From contig OZ242314.1 in the NCBI GenBank assembly GCA_965207815.1, forward strand, positions 591,234 through 655,233: 64,000 nt of DNA. The letters run 5' to 3'. The notes below the pieces were generated by a model, which saw only the letters and a program-made list of their open reading frames with translations, did no database searches and was not told the origin of the DNA. Each line of letters opens with the position of its first letter. Positions within the stretch are counted from its first letter, which is position 1. The position numbers were made by a program, and so were the translations under genes. Source of the stretch: Tepidiformaceae bacterium. GTDB lineage: Bacteria; Chloroflexota; Dehalococcoidia; Tepidiformales; Tepidiformaceae. Positions 60,360-64,000 of this stretch are shown here, piece after piece.

Positions 60360-62201
60360 TCACTGGCTGTCACCAGCTGCGGCCGCTCGCTCCCCGGCGA
60401 AGTCCGTGAGCTCGCCGAGCAGGAAGCGGAAGTCGCGGTAGGCCTCCGTCCCGCTCAGATCCAGCCGCAGCAGGCGGAGTTCCTCCCGCAGCTTCGAGAG
60501 ATCGGCGTGAACGCTCGCGGTGTCCGGCTCGGCGTTCTCGTGCTCTGCCGAGAGCGCGCTGTAGCGGTCGGCCGTCAGCGCCACGATCCCACCCAGCCGG
60601 AACAGGGAGTCGTCCACGGCATCGAACCGGGAGTCCACCCGTCCGGCGATGTCGGCGTGCTGGCTGCGCTCCCCGCCCGAGCTCGGGTCGACCCAGCGCA
60701 CCTCCACCGATCCCAGCTTCACCGGGGTGTCGCCCCCCTTCATGGGGCCGTCGTCGCCGTGGAGCTCGACTTCGTAGAAGACGGTCGTGGCGGCCGTCGA
60801 GTAAATCTCCGCGAACTCCTTGCGGCTCTCCTCGAAGGTGTGGTCCGGGGTGACGCGGTTCTCGTACCCGAGGATGCGCCACGCCTTCACGACCCCCGCG
60901 TCCCACGTCACCTGTGCCCGCGTCTGATCCGCGAACGGCGTCGAGAGGGCCAGCCAGTTCTCGCGGCTGAACGTCTCCCGCGCCTGCTCCGTGTCGTTCA
61001 GGTAGCGGTACCAGCCGTCGCCGTGCTGGGCCAGCTGCTCCAGCAGGTAGTCGTTGTAGTTTCCGAGCCCGACCCCGATCGTGATCAGGCGGAGCGGGTT
61101 CAGGCGGTCGGCATCGGGGGCTGAGCCGAGGATGCCGAAGGGGTCCGTCACGTCCACGTTCGCGACGCCGTCCGACATCAGGATGATGTAGTTGAAGGCC
61201 TCCGGGCGCTCGCGCCGCGCCGCGTCAGCGAGCCGAACGCCGAGGTTGAGGCCGGCCTGCACGTTCGTGCTGTCGTGCGGGTTCAGCCGGGCGATGGACG
61301 ACACGACGTCCGCGTCGTCCGGCGTCGTGTGTTCGACGGTGTAGGCATGAAGGACATCCGTCGTGAAGTGCACAACCGCGATGCGGTCGCGTGCGCTCAG
61401 GCTCTGCCGGATCGTCTCCGCCGCCGCCCGCGCGATTGCCACCCGGTTGCCGCCCGACATCGACCCCGACGCGTCGAGCACGAGCGTCACGTTCAGCGGC
61501 GTGTCGTCGGGTAGCTGCGGAGCCTGGAAGCCGATGCGGACGAGATGCAGGCTGGTTTCGAGTGGATGCCGGGCGGCGACGGCCGTGATGCCGAAGCTGC
61601 CGGTGTCGTCCGGAAGAGCGTAGTCGTAGTCGAAGGCGTTAACCCACTCCTCGGCCCGCACCGAATCGGGTTCCACGTTGTAGTGGTTCTTGGCCCACGT
61701 CAGGGCGAGCAGGTACGACGTGCGGTCGACGTCGAGGCTGAAGGTCGAGACCGGGTCGACCGAGGTCGCGACGAAGGGCAGGCGGCTGTAGTCCCGGAAT
61801 GTCGTGTCCTCGGGCTGCCCCCGCTCAAGCTGTCCGAACAGCTCCTCGGGTCCTCCCCCGCCCTTGCCGGCGGACCCGCCGATTCCCACCACGGCGCGCC
61901 TGCTCTGGGCGCGCACCTTCCCCTGCTCGCGGCTGGAGGTCCGGGTCGTAGCGCAGTCGGCGCAGGGGTCGCTCGCCGTCGCTACCGCCTCCCCGGTGGG
62001 GGTCTCCGTGGGCTCGGCCTCGGCGGCCGTGTCCTGCCCCGGCCCCGGCTCGACCGGCTGCCCCGGAGCCATTGCCAGGGGAGTTCCATCGCCGCCGCCG
62101 GGGTTGTCGCTGGTGCCGCCGTAGGCGACCACCGCCAGGGCGAGGAGCGCAGCCGTCGCTCCTCCCACGAGGGCCCGGGCTATCCACTTTGTGAGTCGCA
62201 T
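60360..62201 (-). CDS. Secreted von Willebrand factor type A domain protein (YfbK-like)
   Basis: Signal peptide, MIDAS motif VLDASGSMSG, and vWA plus C-terminal DUF3520-like architecture. Confidence 0.85.
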   Translation of the reverse strand: MRLTKWIARALVGGATAALLALAVVAYGGTSDNPGGGDGTPLAMAPGQPVEPGPGQDTAAEAEPTETPTGEAVATASDPCADCATTRTSSREQGKVRAQSRRAVVGIGGSAGKGGGGPEELFGQLERGQPEDTTFRDYSRLPFVATSVDPVSTFSLDVDRTSYLLALTWAKNHYNVEPDSVRAEEWVNAFDYDYALPDDTGSFGITAVAARHPLETSLHLVRIGFQAPQLPDDTPLNVTLVLDASGSMSGGNRVAIARAAAETIRQSLSARDRIAVVHFTTDVLHAYTVEHTTPDDADVVSSIARLNPHDSTNVQAGLNLGVRLADAARRERPEAFNYIILMSDGVANVDVTDPFGILGSAPDADRLNPLRLITIGVGLGNYNDYLLEQLAQHGDGWYRYLNDTEQARETFSRENWLALSTPFADQTRAQVTWDAGVVKAWRILGYENRVTPDHTFEESRKEFAEIYSTAATTVFYEVELHGDDGPMKGGDTPVKLGSVEVRWVDPSSGGERSQHADIAGRVDSRFDAVDDSLFRLGGIVALTADRYSALSAEHENAEPDTASVHADLSKLREELRLLRLDLSGTEAYRDFRFLLGELTDFAGERAAAAGDSQ

Positions 62202-62453
62202 GTCAGCCTCCTTGTCGCGTGGGGCGGGTCGGGGTCGCCCACCGCCACGTCACCGGCTGGAACCGCTGGTCGAGGTGCGATTGCTGCCGGTCATGGGCCG
62301 ACTGTAGGGACGGAAGTGCCGAATTACCCCGGCCGTTTTCGGGGAATGTCGAAGATTCCTCGCGACCACGGAAAGGGGTCGCAGGCCGCCTGCGAGAGGC
62401 GGATACTGGGGCGCGCGGATCACACCCAGGCCAGATCCCCACTGGAGTTGACC

Positions 62454-63335
62454 ATGCCCTTCACGAACCCCGGGTTCCTTGTCTCGACCGACTGGCTGGC
62501 TGGCCACCTGCAGGACGACAACGTGCGCGTCTTCGAGTCGACGGTGTTTCTGCGCCCCGGTGACGGCGGAGGCTTCCGCGTCGAGTCGGGCCGCGCGGAG
62601 TACGAGTCGGGACACATTCCCGGCGCCGGGTTCCTCGACCTGCAGGCCGACTTCTCCGACAACGACCAGCGCTTGCGGTTCATGATGCCTTCCGCCGAGG
62701 CCTTCGCCGAGGCAGCCGGACGGCACGGCATCTCCGAGTCCTCGCGGCTCGTGCTCTACGACCGCTCCGGGTCGATGTGGGCCGCGAGGCTGTGGTGGAT
62801 GTTCCGGTCGATGGGGTGCCGGAACGGCGCCGTGCTCGATGGCGGCTGGCAGCGCTGGACTGCCGAAGGCCGCGCCGTGTCCACGGATGCAGCCACGTAC
62901 GCGTCCACGAACTTCACGCCCACGCCCGACCCCGCCCGGTTCGCCGACCTGGACGAGGTTCGGGCGTTCATCGAGTCCGGGGACGCGGGCGGCAGCTGCC
63001 TGGTCAACGCCCTCGGGCGCGACCAGCACTCCGGTGCCGACGGCGGCCAGCGCTACGGGCGCGCCGGGCACATTCCCGGCGCGGTCAACGTGCCCGCGAT
63101 GGAGCTGACCGATCCCGAGACGGGGCTTTACCGCCCGGCGGAGGAGCTGGCCTCGCTCTTCGAGCAGGAGGGCGTGGACCGGACGCGGCGCGTCGTGACC
63201 TACTGCGGCGGCGGCATCGCCGCCTCCAGCGACGCCTTCGTCCTCTCCCTGCTCGGGTACGAGGACATCGCCGTCTACGACGCCTCGATGTCCGAGTACG
63301 CCGCCGATCCGTCCCTGCCCCTGGTGGTCGAGTAG
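62454..63335 (+). CDS. Rhodanese-domain sulfurtransferase (thiosulfate/3-mercaptopyruvate type, two rhodanese domains)
   Basis: From ATG 62454, after GGAG: LVSTDWLAGHL...GHIPGA... and the active-site loop YCGGGIAAS. Confidence 0.9.
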   Translation: MPFTNPGFLVSTDWLAGHLQDDNVRVFESTVFLRPGDGGGFRVESGRAEYESGHIPGAGFLDLQADFSDNDQRLRFMMPSAEAFAEAAGRHGISESSRLVLYDRSGSMWAARLWWMFRSMGCRNGAVLDGGWQRWTAEGRAVSTDAATYASTNFTPTPDPARFADLDEVRAFIESGDAGGSCLVNALGRDQHSGADGGQRYGRAGHIPGAVNVPAMELTDPETGLYRPAEELASLFEQEGVDRTRRVVTYCGGGIAASSDAFVLSLLGYEDIAVYDASMSEYAADPSLPLVVE

Positions 63336-63361
63336 CCGCCCCCGCCCCGGCTCCCTTGTGA

Positions 63362-64000
63362 CTACTCGACCGTGATCGTTGCCGGGTCGACACCCAGCCG
63401 CACGAGGATCGCGTCGAGCTCCGCCTCCGTCCGCATCTCCCGCACCAGCGAGAAGAACTCGAGAAGGTTGCCTGTCTCCTCCCACACGCGTTCGACCTTC
63501 GGCCCGATCGGGTCGGACGACTGCGGCAGGGTCGCGTACGACCCGTAGAAGGCGAAGTAGGCCTGGTTGATCTTGCGGATGAAGACTCCGTGTTCCGCCA
63601 GGTGCAGCCGGCGCTCCTCCATCAGCGCTTCTGCCTCCGCCACCCGGCCCGCCGCCAGCAGGTCGTCGACGGCAAGCCGCAATTCCCGCATCTCCGTGCT
63701 GAAGGAGAGGGACGACTGCTCCCGCGACGGCGCCCGTCCGTCTGCCCCCTCCGGCAGGTCGATGGGGTGCAGTTCGCGGGCGATGCGCGCAATCTCCACC
63801 TCCGCCACGTTCGCCACCGTCTCGTTCAGCGTCGGTCCGTCGGGCGTGTTGTAGGCGATGCCCAGCGGGTAGAAGGCGAGATAGAAGTGGACCCACTCAT
63901 GCGCCGCCGTTCGCAGGATCGAGTAGTACGACCGGTCTTCGCGAATGATCGCCGGGTAGACCGCAAGCCCGCCGATGGGCACCACCACCGACACCGTGTC
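63362..64000 (-). CDS. Putative zinc-dependent peptidase-like protein (HExxH), truncated by the window edge
   Basis: It contains AAHEWVHFY (HExxH). The ORF is open to the end of the window, so the N-terminus is missing. Confidence 0.55.
   Translation of the reverse strand, partial: DTVSVVVPIGGLAVYPAIIREDRSYYSILRTAAHEWVHFYLAFYPLGIAYNTPDGPTLNETVANVAEVEIARIARELHPIDLPEGADGRAPSREQSSLSFSTEMRELRLAVDDLLAAGRVAEAEALMEERRLHLAEHGVFIRKINQAYFAFYGSYATLPQSSDPIGPKVERVWEETGNLLEFFSLVREMRTEAELDAILVRLGVDPATITVE

Noticed and set aside
62250-63896. A 548-aa reverse-strand ORF across the rhodanese gene and the downstream gene.
   Set aside because: It overlaps a forward-strand gene with a clear rhodanese active-site loop and a reverse-strand gene in another frame that carries HExxH. 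Its composition is Arg/Gly-biased.
1-64000. A search for CRISPR arrays, rRNA genes, retron or DGR reverse transcriptases, and group II introns.
   Set aside because: I saw no regularly spaced short direct repeats, no rRNA-like stretches and no reverse-transcriptase (YxDD) ORF in any frame of the track.

Overview
This is a high-GC (roughly 65-70%) bacterial chromosomal window with strong GGAGG ribosome-binding sites; a Chloroflexota/Thermomicrobia- or Actinomycetota-like origin is only a guess. It splits into three parts.

(1) 1-23.4 kb and 57.7-64 kb are ordinary metabolic backbone:
- a P450/ferredoxin/TetR cluster and a nitroreductase
- crotonase, a Gfo/Idh/MocA oxidoreductase, an ABC-F ATPase and an epoxide hydrolase
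- a HEPN/MNT pair and an NHL-DUF1501-DUF1800 cluster
- CoA-transferase A/B and three tandem SDR paralogs
- an esterase, a Baeyer-Villiger monooxygenase, a vWA protein and a rhodanese

(2) 2.4-8.5 kb is a nested insertion.
- A GmrSD-like (DUF262+DUF1524) type IV restriction gene is flanked by an 18-bp direct repeat that copies the 3' end of the neighbouring nitroreductase gene.
- That gene is itself split by a 4.1-kb IS1595-family cargo-carrying element with 43-bp inverted repeats and a perfect 8-bp target duplication, TTTGGAAA.
- The cargo is an HNH protein, small Cys-rich lipoproteins and two tRNA genes with non-canonical body/anticodon combinations: a Ser-type class II body with anticodon CAG, and a class I tRNA with anticodon ACC.

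(3) About 23.4-57.5 kb is an accessory island that begins at tRNA-Gln(CTG) with a large serine recombinase. It contains:
- a secreted-protein cluster: a lipoprotein, a 1436-aa protein built from repeat modules, and a plant-type LRR protein
- a fused histidine kinase/OmpR-type response regulator
- a tandem Replic_Relax protein
- a low-GC SIR2-HerA module with a trailing KTSC gene
- a six-gene, translationally coupled type I R-M operon, hsdM-KAP NTPase-hsdS-ImmA/IrrE-DUF4411-hsdR, whose HsdS has two near-identical target recognition domains
- an orphan 883-aa four-TM protein and an orphan HicB

No CRISPR array or rRNA was seen. All homology calls come from motif recognition by eye, not from database searches.
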